DNA from: Lama glama
Lineage: Eukaryota
Reading direction: 5' to 3'
Assembly: GCA_028534125.1 (NCBI GenBank)
Contig: CM052816.1
Location: forward strand, 87,174,001 to 87,238,000
Length of the DNA stretch: 64,000 bases
Shown here piece after piece: positions 50,010 through 64,000 of the stretch. Below the pieces are notes generated by a model. That model did no database searches. It was not told where the DNA came from and saw only the letters and a program-made list of their open reading frames with translations. Position numbers and translations under genes: made by a program. Within the stretch, counting starts at the first letter, position 1, and the number at the start of each line of letters is the position of its first letter.

Positions 50010-51160
50010 TGTAAAGCATGGATCTTAAAACAGCAATACTACATATGCTGAATGAAATAAAATACTAGAGCTTTTTGACAAAAACTAGAAATTATGAGAA
50101 GTGACAGCAGAGAGATTTTAGTACAGAAATACACAAAAACTGATATTAAGAATTCAGTGGATGGGTTCAAAGATAGATAAGAAACAGCTGAAGAGAATTA
50201 GAAAATGAAAACATATATTAGTAGAAAAGAGTAAATAAAAAGCATAATGAAAGAACATGATGTATAATACAGAAATGTGTAGAAATTTAGTAGAGGCTAT
50301 ACTTAAAGAGCTAATTGCTAGGAATTTTCCATAACTAATGAAAAAAATCAATTTATAGATTTAAAAAATCTTATAAATCCCCATGCTATCTATGTACCTA
50401 TTATCTATCTAAAAGTCTCATCATAGTACAATTTCTGAAAGCCATAAATGCCATGTAAAAAATAAATTCTTTAAAGCAGAGAAAAATAATTTTCTTTAGC
50501 TGACATCTGATCCCTTAACGGGAACACTGGAATGAGGGACAAGAGAAGAATGTCTAAAATATTGTGAGAAAGTAACTACTGGTGTGTAATTCTACACTCT
50601 GTGCAAATATCCCTCAAGAATGAATGGGATATTCAAGGATTTTGGAAAAAGAAAACATTTTTTTTTCTTAACATTAGACTTGCTGGTGTAATTCAATATG
50701 AAAGAAAATGACTTCAGATAAGAGCTTATCAATTTATAATATTTTTTAGTAAATCAAAAGTACATGTAGAATCTAAGTCATTCATTAAAAGACTAGTTTT
50801 GAAAAGTAAAAATTACCAAACTAACACAGCCACAAAATAATAAAATATAATCTAAAAGAAAGGCAAAAAGGAGACTATAAAACATCATAGTAAAAGAAAA
50901 CAATTAGAAAACATATGATAAGTCATTTTCAAAGAAAATTGTATCGTTAACTTTATTAAATGGAGTAGGCTAACTGTTCCAAACCTAGGGGAAAAAAATT
51001 TGTCAGATTGAATTTAAAACATGAACCTATTAGTATGTTCATTATAGTTGAAACTTATAAAATATTACAGTAAGTTTGAAAGTAAAAGTATGGGATATAC
51101 ACACCATGCTAACATTGATTAAATGCAGCTGATGTAGCCAGTAGATTAAAACTGAGGTAG
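50010..51160 (+). mobile_element. Ancient L1M ORF1 to ORF2-start relic
   Basis: attaagaattcagtggatgggttca...ctaggaattttcca...gcaaatatccctcaagaatgaa (ORF1-like); ttgtcagattgaatt...gaaagtaaaag...caccatgctaaca (endonuclease start). Confidence 0.6.
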
Positions 51161-51189
51161 ATAAAAGATATTGATATTTCTCTGAGAAA

Positions 51190-51420
51190 AGATCATGTTA
51201 CGTTACAATAACAAACAACTCTAAACCTCAGTAGTTTGCCAAAACTTTATTTCTTGGCTCTCTACTTGAAACTCACAGGTCCATGGCAAAATACAGCTCT
51301 GGTACATCATATGTGGGCAATTTAATGGCTCAGCTCAGAAGTGACATTTTGACTTGAGGCTCACTGACCAGAATTATCCCAACTACATGGATACTGGGGA
51401 GGAGGGTATCCCAAATAGCT
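51190..51420 (-). mobile_element. MLT1-type LTR relic
   Basis: aataacaaacaactctaaacctcagt...tttatttcttggctc...cagaagtgaca...cactgaccagaa. Confidence 0.45.
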
Positions 51421-51444
51421 GGGTCACTAATAAGTAATACATGG

Positions 51445-51640
51445 ACACAAAGAATACATACTGTATAATTCCATTTATGAAAAGTCCAAAAACAGGCGAT
51501 ATAAAATATATAGTTAGAATGTCAGTATGGTGGGTACATTTTTGAAGAGAAAGTGTTATTTGGGTGTTCACATTGTGATAAGTTATTGAGCTGTACTTTG
51601 ATGTTTTGCTTTTATGTGTGTTACATTTCAATAGAACTAT
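51445..51640 (+). mobile_element. Old L1M 3' UTR
   Basis: acaaagaatacatactgtataattccatttatgaaaagtccaaaaacaggc. Confidence 0.7.
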
Positions 51641-52289
51641 TACAAAAGTAAAATAAAAGGAAACAAAGACAAATACCAATGGATCAGATTCACTGGGAAG
51701 ATAGAATGAAAAAGAAGTTTTAGCAAAAGTAAAAGATTTGGTTTTGAAGAGTAGATATTTTTCATCTCTATCACTTAATAAAATTTTCTTTAGAATGTAA
51801 ATACTATTTTTAGCAGGAATCTTTTTAGTTCCATGTAACAGAACTGCCATCGCAGCTAGCTGAATCACAATGTGAATTTTTTGGCTCACCGACTGAAATC
51901 TAGAGATTGTTATGCACTTCGTTTCTGCTAGATGTCAGGTGCTCCAACTCCACTGTTAACAATTTGTTGTTCATTTCTAGCTCTCAGCCCTCATTGTGCA
52001 TGTGTTTCCTTTATATCTGCAGTCTCTCCCCATATGGTAGGAAAGATCAATTTGGAAGATTTGGAGATACATGGTTGTTACAGTACTTAAGTTGAAAGAA
52101 GAAAGTTAACCTATGCCAGACCCTATGGGATTCTCTAAAATAGTAGTTATGTGACCAGTGTATGTGAACCACGTGTCTTAGAGAAAAATGTGCTCCCTAA
52201 CTGAAGGGAGAGAGGTAGACAAATACATCCCATTATAATTCCCTTAACCTGTTTCTTATTTGATAGACCAAGCTTCTTTTTAAAAAACA

Positions 52290-52388
52290 TTTTAATGTTT
52301 TTATTGACGTGCAGTCAGTTTACAATGTTGTGTTAATTTCTGGTGTACAGCGTAGTGATTCAGTTATATGTATGTATATTTTTTTACA
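52290..52388 (-). mobile_element. LINE-1 3' terminal fragment
   Basis: tttttattgacgtgcagtcagtttacaatgttgtgttaatttctggtgtacagc. Confidence 0.8.
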
Positions 52389-55300
52389 TCTGCAGTTACT
52401 TGTCACTTGGCATTAACTGATATAATTCCAATCTGTTCTAAAAGTCTAGGTCTGGTGTGTTCTTCAGAATCAAGGTCAGCAAAGAACCTCTGTAGCATTT
52501 TGGTATACCCCTAATGTAACACACATACCACTTTTCTGTAATTATCTTTTTGTCCCTCTCCTGGTTGCACAAAAATTACTTTAACCTAGGGTCTTTAAAT
52601 GTCTGTTCCAAGACCCTGGAGAAGAGTAGGTACTCAGTAGCTATAGCAAGATGGGAAGGTGGGAAGTTAAGACTGTTTCTGCTTGACAGACCCAATTTCA
52701 TCCCTGAAATAAGCAGCTCAGTGATCCATAGGTAGAAAAGTCTACAACCCTGGGATAGTGTTTGATAAGTTAGGACTTTTGAAGTGCTGATAAAGAACAA
52801 AATCTATTCCTAATTGATGCACTTGGCTCCTCTAAAGCTTCTAACTCCCAGGTCCTAATAAATCTCATAGTGCTAAAGCGTCCTTCACTGATGCTCACTA
52901 CTCCAAATACAGAAAACCAGGCAGCAAGCTGGGTTGAGGAGAGAAAAAGTGCTGAGTAGAGAGTAGGGTAAGATAACAATGTAGTGAGGATGTTCCCAAG
53001 AGAGTCATTCCAATGTAGCATTTAGAGTTGGCTTGCTTAAAGGGAAAAAATTAAGCTTTAAAGGACAAGGTAAAGGAAGGTAAAGACCAGAGATAATAAA
53101 GTCAAAGATCTTGTGTAACAGACGTAAGGAAGGAAGGACACTGGGTTTTTCCCTTTCATTTACCATTACATTTTTTGAAAAAAAATATTCTTGCTTCATT
53201 ATTTACCATTTTCAACCTATGTTTATAACTAATACTGAATTTTCCATGTGCCACTATACTGAGTGTGTTTGCTGAAGGTTATTTACCATTGCAGGTTGAT
53301 AGATCCACATGTCCTTCAAAATTATTCATCATTCTTGCTACAGCAAATGTCAGTATTACTTATTCCTTTCTCTATCTATTCTTCCATGCTTGGTTTCCTT
53401 ACCAGAATTGGTTCCATTCAAGTTTCAAAGAAGGATCACATGATCACTACTAGCCAATCAGCATAGTTCTATCTTTTCAACTATAGAAGTTACTTGAGGG
53501 AAGAGAATTTGTATCAAGTTCATGGAAGCATATGAAGCATAGGCATTGTTCAGGAGTTATGTAAAAGAATTCCTCTTTCAAGTGTTTCTGGGATAGATAA
53601 GAATTACACTAGCCTTGAGCTATACTGGTAAGGGTAACAAATTATAAACCAAAAATAAGACAACTTTATTAAAAATATGGTGGAAGGTTGGGTTAGAAAC
53701 ATCATAATGATGCTATTTGAGCCCTAGTACTAAAGGCTGCTTGAATTTAGCAATAGTCATGGAGCATATAGTTATGTGAGCCAACAAATCTCATTCATAA
53801 TTGAAGAAAGTTTATGTGAGTCTTTTGTTACTAGCAGCAGAGAGTAGTAAAGAGATCGAAATTTTAACTGTAACATTAATTTGCAAAAATCTTCACTATG
53901 TTCCAGTTTTTTTACAGAATGAACAATATATTTTAGTATAGAAACTAAACTGAGTTCACCTATTTTAATTACTTAATTAACTTACTTATTTATTCATTCA
54001 AATTTTCATCTTATTCTCTACAATAACCCTGCAGGATTTCTAAATAGAATGTGCTCCCTGCTTTCCTATTACAGTACTCTCTGCCTTTGTGTTAGTGCTA
54101 TATCCTGGAATATAAATTTTTTTTTCTAGTTGGCACCATCTCCTCAGTCACTTTTTCAGAATATATTTAATTCCTTTTAAGACTACCATATTTGTGTTCC
54201 ATCAAAATTTTACCCAGTCCTTAAATCATCATCAAATATTTTTTCATATCAGTTTCCTAAAAATTAAAATATGAGTAATTTTGATGTTAACTGAAAACTC
54301 ACTAGACTTTGTTCATTTGTTTTGAAAATTTTATCATAATATTGGATTTTTTTCTGTTTTATCTTCCCAGAATATCAGTACTTCTTGAGTGCATTATTCT
54401 TTTTTTAAATTCTCTTGTTTAGTGTTCTTTATAGTTTACAAAACATTGAATAGCAAGGTGAGTCCTTAAGAGTTAAAGTGAGCTTTTAAAAACTTTTATT
54501 TGGATGAATTTATGTAATGATTTTAATTAGAACGGTTTTATCAGAACACTTTTCCTTTTCCTTATAAACATTATAGCACAGTATATTGATACTAAGTATT
54601 GGTTTATAGGCATATTTTCATTTTTAAAGAGCTTTTTGGAATGGTATTTAAATCATCAACTTTATAGGTAAAACACACATGGAATTAGGAACAAATTATT
54701 AGAAAAAGATGCAACCTAACTTGTACAATTAAGATCGCATGTTTTTATTGGTATATATTTACAAAATTACTTTTATTTTCATAAATTTAGAGAGTAACCA
54801 TAAATATTTTAACTTTTAAATTGTTAAGTGCACATAAGTTCTTTATTACTATTTTTAAAAATTTAACATTGTATTTTATTATGAGATTTTAACACTGGTG
54901 ATCTGATAAAAGTTTATGTGAATTATAAGAAACTATTTCCTTTATTCTTGATGATAATAATTATGAGAAATAAAGAAATCATGTTTTAGTACTGTTTGTG
55001 TCTATAAAACTATTAAAACTGTAAATTTTGTTTAAATATTTAAAAATATTGATTTTCTTAAATGTTTTATGCAATTTATGTCTCATTTCATTTGCCTATT
55101 AATTAAATATTCAAAAATAAATGAGAAAAAAAGCTTACTGGAATGAAAGAATTCATAGTCTATTTTCCTGAGACAGCCAAATACATAGGTAGCTCCTCAA
55201 TATAGTATTTTTTTTTTTCCCATGGAAATTCTGGAAACTTTGTTTGGTTTCTCAAATGTATAATTAGTATAGGGCCTGTTTGACAATATTAAAATATATC

Positions 55301-58300
55301 ATAATTTAGAGAATTATTATATAGTATTTATCAAGAGGATTCAAAAATTGTCTGAAATTACTATTTATTTTACTTTCATGACCGTAGTTAAATTTTTGCA
55401 ATTAGTTCTTACTTTCATTGTCTATAAAACTAATGATTAGGACACTCAATTTATCCTTTTAGGAGGCCCTATTAATTCCTGTCTAAGAATAATTTAAGCC
55501 TAGGGTTTTAAATATATTTTCATCTCAATCAATCTATCTTAATTAGCTCAATACAACGAAAAGAAAACCACTTGTTCTCAATCTTAACCTTAAATGAAAT
55601 TGAAGCAAACAGATAAAATCAGTGAAATTGCATGTTAGCAACATCTTATTATATTTAATCAGATGTTCAAGGACCTGTTAATATTTTTTCTGTTATCAAA
55701 GAAATGAGTGCATGGTTTTACATATAATTTTCAGAGAGAACTCTCAGAAATATAAAACATTTTTCTATGGAGTTACTAACCTTAGTTGGGGAAAAAAATT
55801 GGCTTAATTATCTCAGTAATTTCTCAAATTACTTACAATTTTATCTCTAAGCTGTTAAGAACCAATTTAATGACAGAGATTTTTACTTTTCTGTAATACG
55901 CCTGCTGTGCCTTTTTTAAAAAAAAATTTAAGTGAATTTTTGGAAGGTTTGTGATTTCAAACTCTTTTTAAAAGGCAAGTATGTTTTTCCCACACTTAAA
56001 TAGTTGTTGGTTGGAAATAGTAAAGAAATGTATCACTTAGGTTGTCTTAGATTCGAACGATCACAAAATTACTTAACAGATGATGCCGTTAGAAAAACAG
56101 TATTATCTTACTTAAAAAGAATTCTATTTCTTTTCATTTCCCTAGTCTTTCATACCATTTGTTGTCTTATTTTCTGGACTGTTTACCCTACAATTTCAAG
56201 ATGGCTTCCATTCTACCCACCACACATAGACAAAGTAGCATTCGGTGAAAGAAACTGTCCTTTCTGGAATATCTTTGTAAAATTCTGCTGTTTCAATAGT
56301 ATTCTAAAATTTAGAAGACTCAATATTTAACAAAAGATACAACTTAAGTAGGTAAACTTTTGAACTTACATTGCACAGGTGTTCAACTTATTACTTTCAA
56401 AGCATATATTTAAGAATTCTCCTCATAGTCAGGAAAAAATAAATGCGTTTAAGTAATTTTGTGATGTATCAAATAGTGAACAAAGGTGGGGAAAGCAATC
56501 ATCCTTGAGTGTGAGAGTTTTGAGAATTCTCTCAGTTCTCTAACTCTTTAAGCAAATGGTAAATCAGACCTTATGGGTCTAGGGTCATTGAATAGAAGGG
56601 AGTAAGTGTGGGAATCAGACCGTGGAGTCTATTTCTCTGCCAGTAGAGAAAACTAGTTCTAATAGGCCCTTTAGTGTAATGTCTACTCTGCCGTTATTTG
56701 CCTCATGGGAGGAAGTTTCTTCTGTTTCTATGAGGAATCCAGACTCTCACCCAGTAGTTCTCACCAACAAAGTGTTGGCCTTAATTGCACTCTCCTAAAC
56801 TTCCCATTATGCCTAATTGCGCTTCCTTGATGAACACTCAGCAACTATTTGCTGTCTTCAGAGTTTTTCTTATAAAGTTTCTCATTCTTTTATTTGAGCA
56901 CTAAATACAATTACATAATAAGTTAAACTTATTCTGTTTTAAAATAATAATATTTTATTTGAATTCACTTGATTTAGACTTCAGCCTTAAACTTGCAAAT
57001 GTATTCTAGCTGTATCAGGTACGTAGAAAAACACACTCTTTTGGAAATGTAGAATGTCACTTCTTTCACTTGCATTTCTTTTAAATGATGTTTTTATTCT
57101 ATAATCCTAATTCTCTTCCACATTTTTTTTCAGTTCCATCATTCTAGGAACATTTGAAAGTATGCGATTTAAGTCAAGAGACCTATGTAGTTGTTTTTCT
57201 CCCATTTCTTGTACATTAGGATTCTTTCTTCCCATCACCTGTACAATAGCCTCTGGTCCAATACAATTTAGAAATTGCATTTTAAATCTATAATTTTTCT
57301 ACTTGCAGATTATTACAAAATGTCAAAAAAAATTAGAATATTATTCTGACCCTGTTGCTCAAGCTATAAAAGTCATTTCTTATATAAATAGGTATATAAA
57401 CTTGGAAATTACTATATCCAAGTAAACTTGGTTTAAGAATTTATTCTCAGTTTTACTTGGATTAATCTCAGTGTCTAACTAGTAAGTTAGTTTTGTCAAA
57501 TGCACATATACATTTTTATCAGATTATGTTCGTGGATAAATTTCAATTCAGCCTTTTAAATACGTGGTATTGAGGGTGGGGTACGGGTAATGTAGCCCAG
57601 CAATTCTATGAATTTCTGGATGCAATTCCTTGAAATTGAATCCCATCCACTCTCCCATTTACTTCTGTCTCATATGTGTAGAAATCCCCCCACTCTCCAT
57701 GCTGCAACCCCTGATACTGTGTTTTTAGGACTTCTTTAAAAATTGCAACTATTTGTATGTGTTTGGTTATATTATTTACAGGTTTCTTTTGAGGATAGTA
57801 AATTTGTCATTAGAATTTTTATATTACCAAAAAAGAACACTGGATCTATAATGCTGATGAGTCTCCGAACAACCATAAGACCTGATCACCAAATACAGCG
57901 TTCCAAATTTGAACAGAGTTCACAGCTTTAAATATGTAACTATCTACTACTATTGCTCAGAACTGTGCTGTCTCTATATCTTTAGTATATCTACCCTAAT
58001 ATTTTTACCTTGGAGGCTGGTTAAACTTAAGCTCAAATATTTTATTTTACCTCTGTTTCAAATGCATATTTCCAGAAGAATAGTCCTGACCAAGACTCAC
58101 ACTACTTTAAGTTTTAATTTACTCAGATTTTAGCCATAGAATGAATGTCATAGTGTGCCAAAAATTTCCCTTTACAATCTGCTCTCAATTTCTCTTTCCA
58201 GATGCCTGACTACTTCCCATGCCCACCCCATATTCGGATGACACTGGATTAGTTGACAGTCTTCAAATAGTAAGCAGTTTCCAACTCCACAATGCTGCTC

Positions 58301-60559
58301 TGCTTCTTTCCTTTGCAATGTATTTTGCTGTTTTCTTCAACTGGAGAAAAACACTTTCTTAGACATTATTTAATGTGTCTGGCTTACATATGAAAATGCA
58401 TGTCCCTCTGTGATTTGGAATACATAATCACATAGAAAATGTTCCCCAAAATGTGGATATTTGGAATTACTCACAAAAATATGTATATTAGAAGACCTTA
58501 AAAACTGCTCTCTTATTTGAACTTTCTAGATTCTCAGGGGTTATTATTTACTAAGAATAATTTTAAAGTGAGGAATTTGTTTAATGAGATTAAAAACTAT
58601 TTTTGAATCAATTATAGGTAGAGAATAATAAACTGTTGAAAATTTAGGGAAGTCAGAGTGTAGGTGGGACAATATTAAGGGAGATAACAGGAGAGTGTCT
58701 TGGAGAGGCAGGTGCATGCTTTATTCCCATCTGCCATAATGATCTCTGTGGCTTTATATGGGCCATTTTATCCCATGACAATATGCCTTTCCTCACATGC
58801 CTGCTTGCTTTCTTCAACTCTCATTCCAGAAATAAAAAGTATATGTTCTGCAAAGTTCATCTTAACGTCACCTCTTTTGGGGAAGATTTCCTGGATCATT
58901 TTCCTTGGCCGACTTAAATGTTGCTCTTTTCTGTACCTTGTTGCACCTCTTTTATAGGTTAAAAAGTATTTATTGTCTTTTCCATCCTACATTTTGAACT
59001 TCATAAGGGAAATACTTTCAATTCACTTCCACATTAATAACTTAACGTTTGGTAGGGGCTCCATGAGAGCATCAATTCTCCAAAAGCTCAAATTCTGCTG
59101 GGATGTGAACTTCACAAGTGCAGGGTCTGCATGTGCTTTGACAACTGTATTTCCCAAACAAAAAACACATCGTCCAGAACTTACTAACTGCTGTGGTTGG
59201 ATACTACTTGAAAGATAGATCAATGTGATTTTGTTCACAACATCTCTCATTGCTATACAGCTACTCTCCCTTTCGCTCATGGAGGCGACGTGCAGGTAGA
59301 ATATCCTCAAGTAGGACATTGCACAGAAAAGCAATTTCAGAAAGAAAAATGTACGAACTTATTCTTAAGTGTTGTATTTCAATAGCATCAACCTCAGGAG
59401 AAGCCAAATACGTCAGGTACCAAGGAAATGGTTGTGGAAACACATGCGAAATTTAAGAAAGTGCCATATCTTTAAGCCACATCACTAAGACAAGAAAGGA
59501 TTCCAAAGGTCAGAGAAGAGAAATAATACAGACCATAGAAGAGGTCTTTAATTTGGTAGATCTTGGGAAGAAGTTACAGGTCTTGGAGGAAACATGTGAT
59601 GAACCTCTGCTTCTACTTCAGCACAGCTAAGCAAAGACAGCATAGCCAAGATCTAGGAGCCCTTGGGTCACCAGGGTAGCAGCCACAGACATTCCATTTG
59701 AATATTTTAGTGGGCCTGCATTGAGGAGTTGTCCTATCAGCATATTATATCATTGACACCCACTTGTTCCCTGAAACATTAATGTGCCCTCCTCCTACTA
59801 ATTGCACATGGACAAGTTCCTTTTCAACATTGGAGGAGGGACACTCCTACATCAGGGCTACAGAACTGATTTTTTAGAAGAATGGCTATGTTATGAAAAG
59901 GAGATCTTCAAATCACAAATTTATTTTGGAGGAAATGAATGGAACCAGCCCCATATGTCCTCCAGAACTAGACTAGAGAAACAGTAAAACATATACAACC
60001 ACATGGTCTACTGTGGAAGAGACAAGTCAATAAACGTTTGCCTATGTGGTGTTCAGTGCTATGAAAGAGACGAAAAGTATGGAAGAAGCTGATCAAAAGG
60101 AAAAAGAAAACAGGAATAAAAAAAGGAAGGGTCAAGCAATCAGACTTAATCTTAAGTTAAAATGCACATTAATTTAGGACACAATCTAAAATGAACAGAA
60201 CAGTAGGTAGTAAGTTAATCTCACACTCAAAAATATGTGTTACAGGTGGAGGTAGTAATGTATTATATTCAAGTATCCCAAAAGTAACACATGCAAAAAT
60301 ACTTGGGGTTTGCTGCCCAAAAAAGATGACCACAGCCCAAAATATTCTCCTGACAACTTAAGAGCATGATTAAAACAGATTAGCTTAATGAAGGTGGATA
60401 AATCTATAAAAAAACTCCCAGAGTTCACTTTTGTGTATGTTTCTTTTGAATCAAGTTATAAATTACAGCACACAATGTAATAAGTGATATCAATTGAGCT
60501 AAATATTTAAGGGGTTAAAGAAAACATGTATATAATAGTGAATTACAAGCGTGTATGTA

Positions 60560-61190
60560 AACATTTGGCAATAAAGTCCTGTTTAGAATATTAAAAGCCA
60601 AAATACTAAGACTTCTTAAAAACAATTGGAATTTTGTATCTTAAATTCACCATAAAAATTATAATTTTATCACAATCAGAAATTATTTGCCACATATACA
60701 CAAAAGGTATTCATTATCAATTCATTAAAAAATTTATAAATCAGTGAGAAAATAAGAATCCTAAAGGAAAAAAGTCAGAAAGATCATGAAAACTCAGTTT
60801 ATTTAAAGAAGAGTTTGGAAGTAGTAGTATACAAACAAAACAAAACAAACAAAAACCACATTTACTGTACTAGTAGCCAAAGAATTACAATTAAGAGATA
60901 GTCTGGTAGCATTATTACTTCCCAAACTGTCAAGAAATTAAAAGGTAACAATTAAGTTATTGATGCTTCTAAGAAACACATATTAAAAATCATAAAATCA
61001 TGTGTTGAATCAGCAATGGTCAATTTTAAAATCTATTTAAAATATTTAAGCATGGTTATAAAGCAGAAAATAATAATCTTCAGAAGATCCTCGAAGTGTT
61101 GTTAATAGTGATAAAAACGTAGAAACATAAAAGCAACATCAGGGCAGTAGTTAAATATATTAAAGTATATAATATTGTATAATGAATTAT
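60560..61190 (+). mobile_element. Ancient L1M ORF2 3' relic
   Basis: A-rich; aaattatttgccacatata...taaatcagtgagaaaa... Confidence 0.45.
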
Positions 61191-61194
61191 GTTA

Positions 61195-61480
61195 CTTAGT
61201 TATTCATTATCAACTTATTTGCTCATAAATTACCTATCACTGCTTATTATAAGCCAAACCCAGTAATAGGCATTGGAGACACATCACTGAACAAGACAGC
61301 CCCTGCTCGCAGCCAACTGAGGGAGCATTAGTAAACAAATAAAAAATGAATAAAGTAATCAGATGTTGATTAGTGATGTGAATTAAAGCACTTAAGTGCT
61401 GTGCTGAGGAATTAAGGAAGGATATAAATAAACATTTTCTACAAGGACAAGAGGGAGATGGCCTCTTAGACCTGAGACCA
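61195..61480 (-). mobile_element. L2 3' end relic
   Basis: ttattcatt...taggcattggagacaca...tgaacaagacagcccctgctc. Confidence 0.6.
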
Positions 61481-63299
61481 TCAAAGGGGAATAATCTTGG
61501 GAGCTTTTAAACCTGCTAGAATCTTTCCGTGACCTTGTTCACATTTGAAATGAGGAATTCACAAGAGATTTGGCACACATCCAGCGGATGAACTATTACT
61601 CTCTACGTAGTCATTAAAATGATGATAAAGAAAGTTCATGGAAGATTGATGTATTTAAAATTTAATACAAACCATAATGTAAGGAAAGTTCTATTCTAGA
61701 ATTGAAGCCTCCATTTAGTTTGTGTGACATTATCTGAAGTGAGGTACATAACCTCTATGCTAGCTTGAAAAATATGTGCCCAAAACTGATTTTTTAAATC
61801 TCTATCTAACAATCCAATTTCAGTTTATTATTGAGTTTGGAGAGACTGATAAAAGAATGGGAAATTACAGGATTCTATGAGTGGGAGTGTTAAGGAAAAA
61901 GCATCTACAATTAGACAACAAAATATATTTCTCTGGGAGATTGAGGAACGTGGACAATACCTGATTCACAGGTGAGGAATCCAAAGGTGATACGGGTAGC
62001 ACTGATGTCACACCTTCAGAGAGGTGCCTGGATTGAGGGGGACCAGGACATATGAGAATTTTTGCATGAGAAATTGGGTTAGGGGGTTCTCAATGATCAA
62101 GTATGGACCATAATCAGGAGAGCAAACTGGTTTTGGGTTGTTCCAGCTTCTGTTCAAGAAACCCACCTGCATGGGCAAAATGATGCCAATAGAAAGAACC
62201 CGGAAGTACATCAGATGGCTAAGGGTGGAAAAAGAAGATGTGTGTTGTACATTTAAGAAGATATCACCCCCCTCAAAAAGTTCACTGAGAGGTTGCCAAC
62301 AATGGGGACAGATTCCAAAAGAAAAAACAAAACAAATAAGACAGTGAAAAAGCTTCACAAGTATGCCAGCCTTCTCCCTTCCAATAGTGCCCCAAAACTG
62401 CGGGCACATGTTGGGTGTGCAATCCCATTAGTTCTCAGAAGTCCTTCCTTCTTTGGCTTGTCTTGAAATAGAGGTTATACATCTTCCTCTAAGGAGGAGA
62501 GGGCAGTGCCCTGTAATCCTTACTGCACTTATAACCTTATGTAAGCAGAGCTTTAGTACTTGTGTTTTTTTTTTTTGATCAATAAAATGCTCATTTTCCT
62601 TTATATAATCCTTAGGACAAATAGTGACCTAGGCTTTAAAGAATTATTATCTCTTAGCTTTCTTGTTAGATACTTAGCAATTACTATTCTCAGCTAATTA
62701 AGCTTATGTTAAAAATTTTAAATAGGAAAACTGATTATATGTGTATACACACACACTTACTAAATTGTAAGTCTCAAGAGACATGGAATTTTGGTTTCTT
62801 TTCCTGTATCATTGGTTGCCAGCTAATGGCATACTCAATAAATGTTTGTTGAATGAAATTAATCAAGGTTTGCCCTGAAAACATCCTCAATTAAATTAAG
62901 GATAATACATGAATACTTACAGCTTTGTTCAGCATTATTACTAATATTATTTTGAAATTACCACAAATGTAATCAAAGAAGAGAAAGGCAGAACACATCC
63001 CTACTTCTAGCTTTCTTTTCTCCTTTTTTAAGATGAAGAGGCACAAATATTAAATTTTGCCCACTGTATGCTAATATACTTAGAAAATTCAAGAGACTCA
63101 ACTAAAAGGTAAAAGAACCGATAAGAAAATTTATCAAGGCAATAGATAAAAAAATCATAGATAATTTATCTAAAAAAACTATGTTAGACACTGTATTGAC
63201 AGGATAAAATAAACAGTCCACTTAATAATAAACAGTGCAAAAAACATGTATAAAGCAACTATAGAAATAGCATTTGAAATGCCTAAGATCCTGTTCTTT

Positions 63300-63782
63300 T
63301 CCACTTCACCTCACACCAATTTCTTAATTTTCCTCCAGCTTCTAAAATTAGTGAATTAATCCCCAGGATCTTTGCAGATGCATTTCCTCCTGCTGTAAAT
63401 GTCTTATTTTGCCTTCGCCCATTCTCCCACATTTCATCTAGTTAGTGTGTGCTTAACCATCACAATTCAAGGAGCAGGTTTTTCCAGATTTTCTTAGATA
63501 AATAAGATGAAACTGTACAATGGTTTCTTCTCAACATAGGGATTCCTTTCATAGTAGATGGGTCTTTATATTCACTATAAATTTGCATTTGCATGATTAT
63601 TTGAAACATGTTTATCTCCACAGCTGGAGGTAAACCACAGGACAGGGACAACCTATAAGTAAACAAATGAGACTCCAGGGCTGAGCAGTGTACCGGCTGC
63701 ACAGTGCAGATTTAATAAATATTTACGCAATAGAAATGGAGCAATAGAAATAAGTAAGTGGAGCGAATGAATGAATGAATGG
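63300..63782 (+). mobile_element. L2 3' end
   Basis: caggatctttgcagatgcatttcctcctgctg...taataaatattt...(TGAA)n tail at 63765-63781. Confidence 0.65.
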
Positions 63783-64000
63783 CAAACTGTAGTAGATAGA
63801 AGACCAGGACCACAAGTCCATGGAGACCATCAGGAACATTGACTGATGCAGACATGGGACATTAATGTTCACATCGTAAGATCATAAATTCTGAACGTGA
63901 CAGTCTGAATGCTCTTCAAGGGTCAGTGACCTTTAAAATGTTAAAAATTTAAGTCATTTTTCATGTGAAATATTTGCACTGATACGAAACGAAAATTATA

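Noticed and set aside
51383..51889. 168-aa minus-strand ORF
   Set aside because: It runs antisense through L1 3'UTR and MLT relics, has low-complexity F/I/L/S composition, and shows no recognisable domain.
61860..62410. 133-aa ORF in a GC-richer patch
   Set aside because: No recognisable protein; possibly an old LTR, but I cannot support a family call.

Overview
Mammalian genomic DNA: AT-rich, CpG-depleted and repeat-dense. It is very probably camelid (alpaca, llama or camel), judged from a tRNA-Ala-derived Vic-1-type SINE at 13795 and the young LINE-1 3' UTRs. I see no host protein-coding exon and no true RNA gene. The only ORFs that match known proteins are transposable-element relics: L1 ORF2, ERVL integrase, and a retroviral env TM fragment. 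The window therefore reads as intergenic or deep intronic, with two 500-N assembly gaps that both fall at L1 sequence. The most notable structures are: a deleted two-LTR provirus with a gamma-type env TM remnant (7667-10382); a MER41-like solo LTR with a STAT/GAS motif (27971-28466); a twin-primed L1 with a 22-bp inverted duplication (11449-11959); a nested ERVL stack (3150-5600); a recent 148-bp tandem duplication (27214-27510); a 132-bp spaced direct repeat (45900-46827); and several repeat-free, motif-rich candidate conserved elements. I found no convincing novel biological system. Repeat family names come from recall of consensus sequences and need RepeatMasker/Dfam confirmation.
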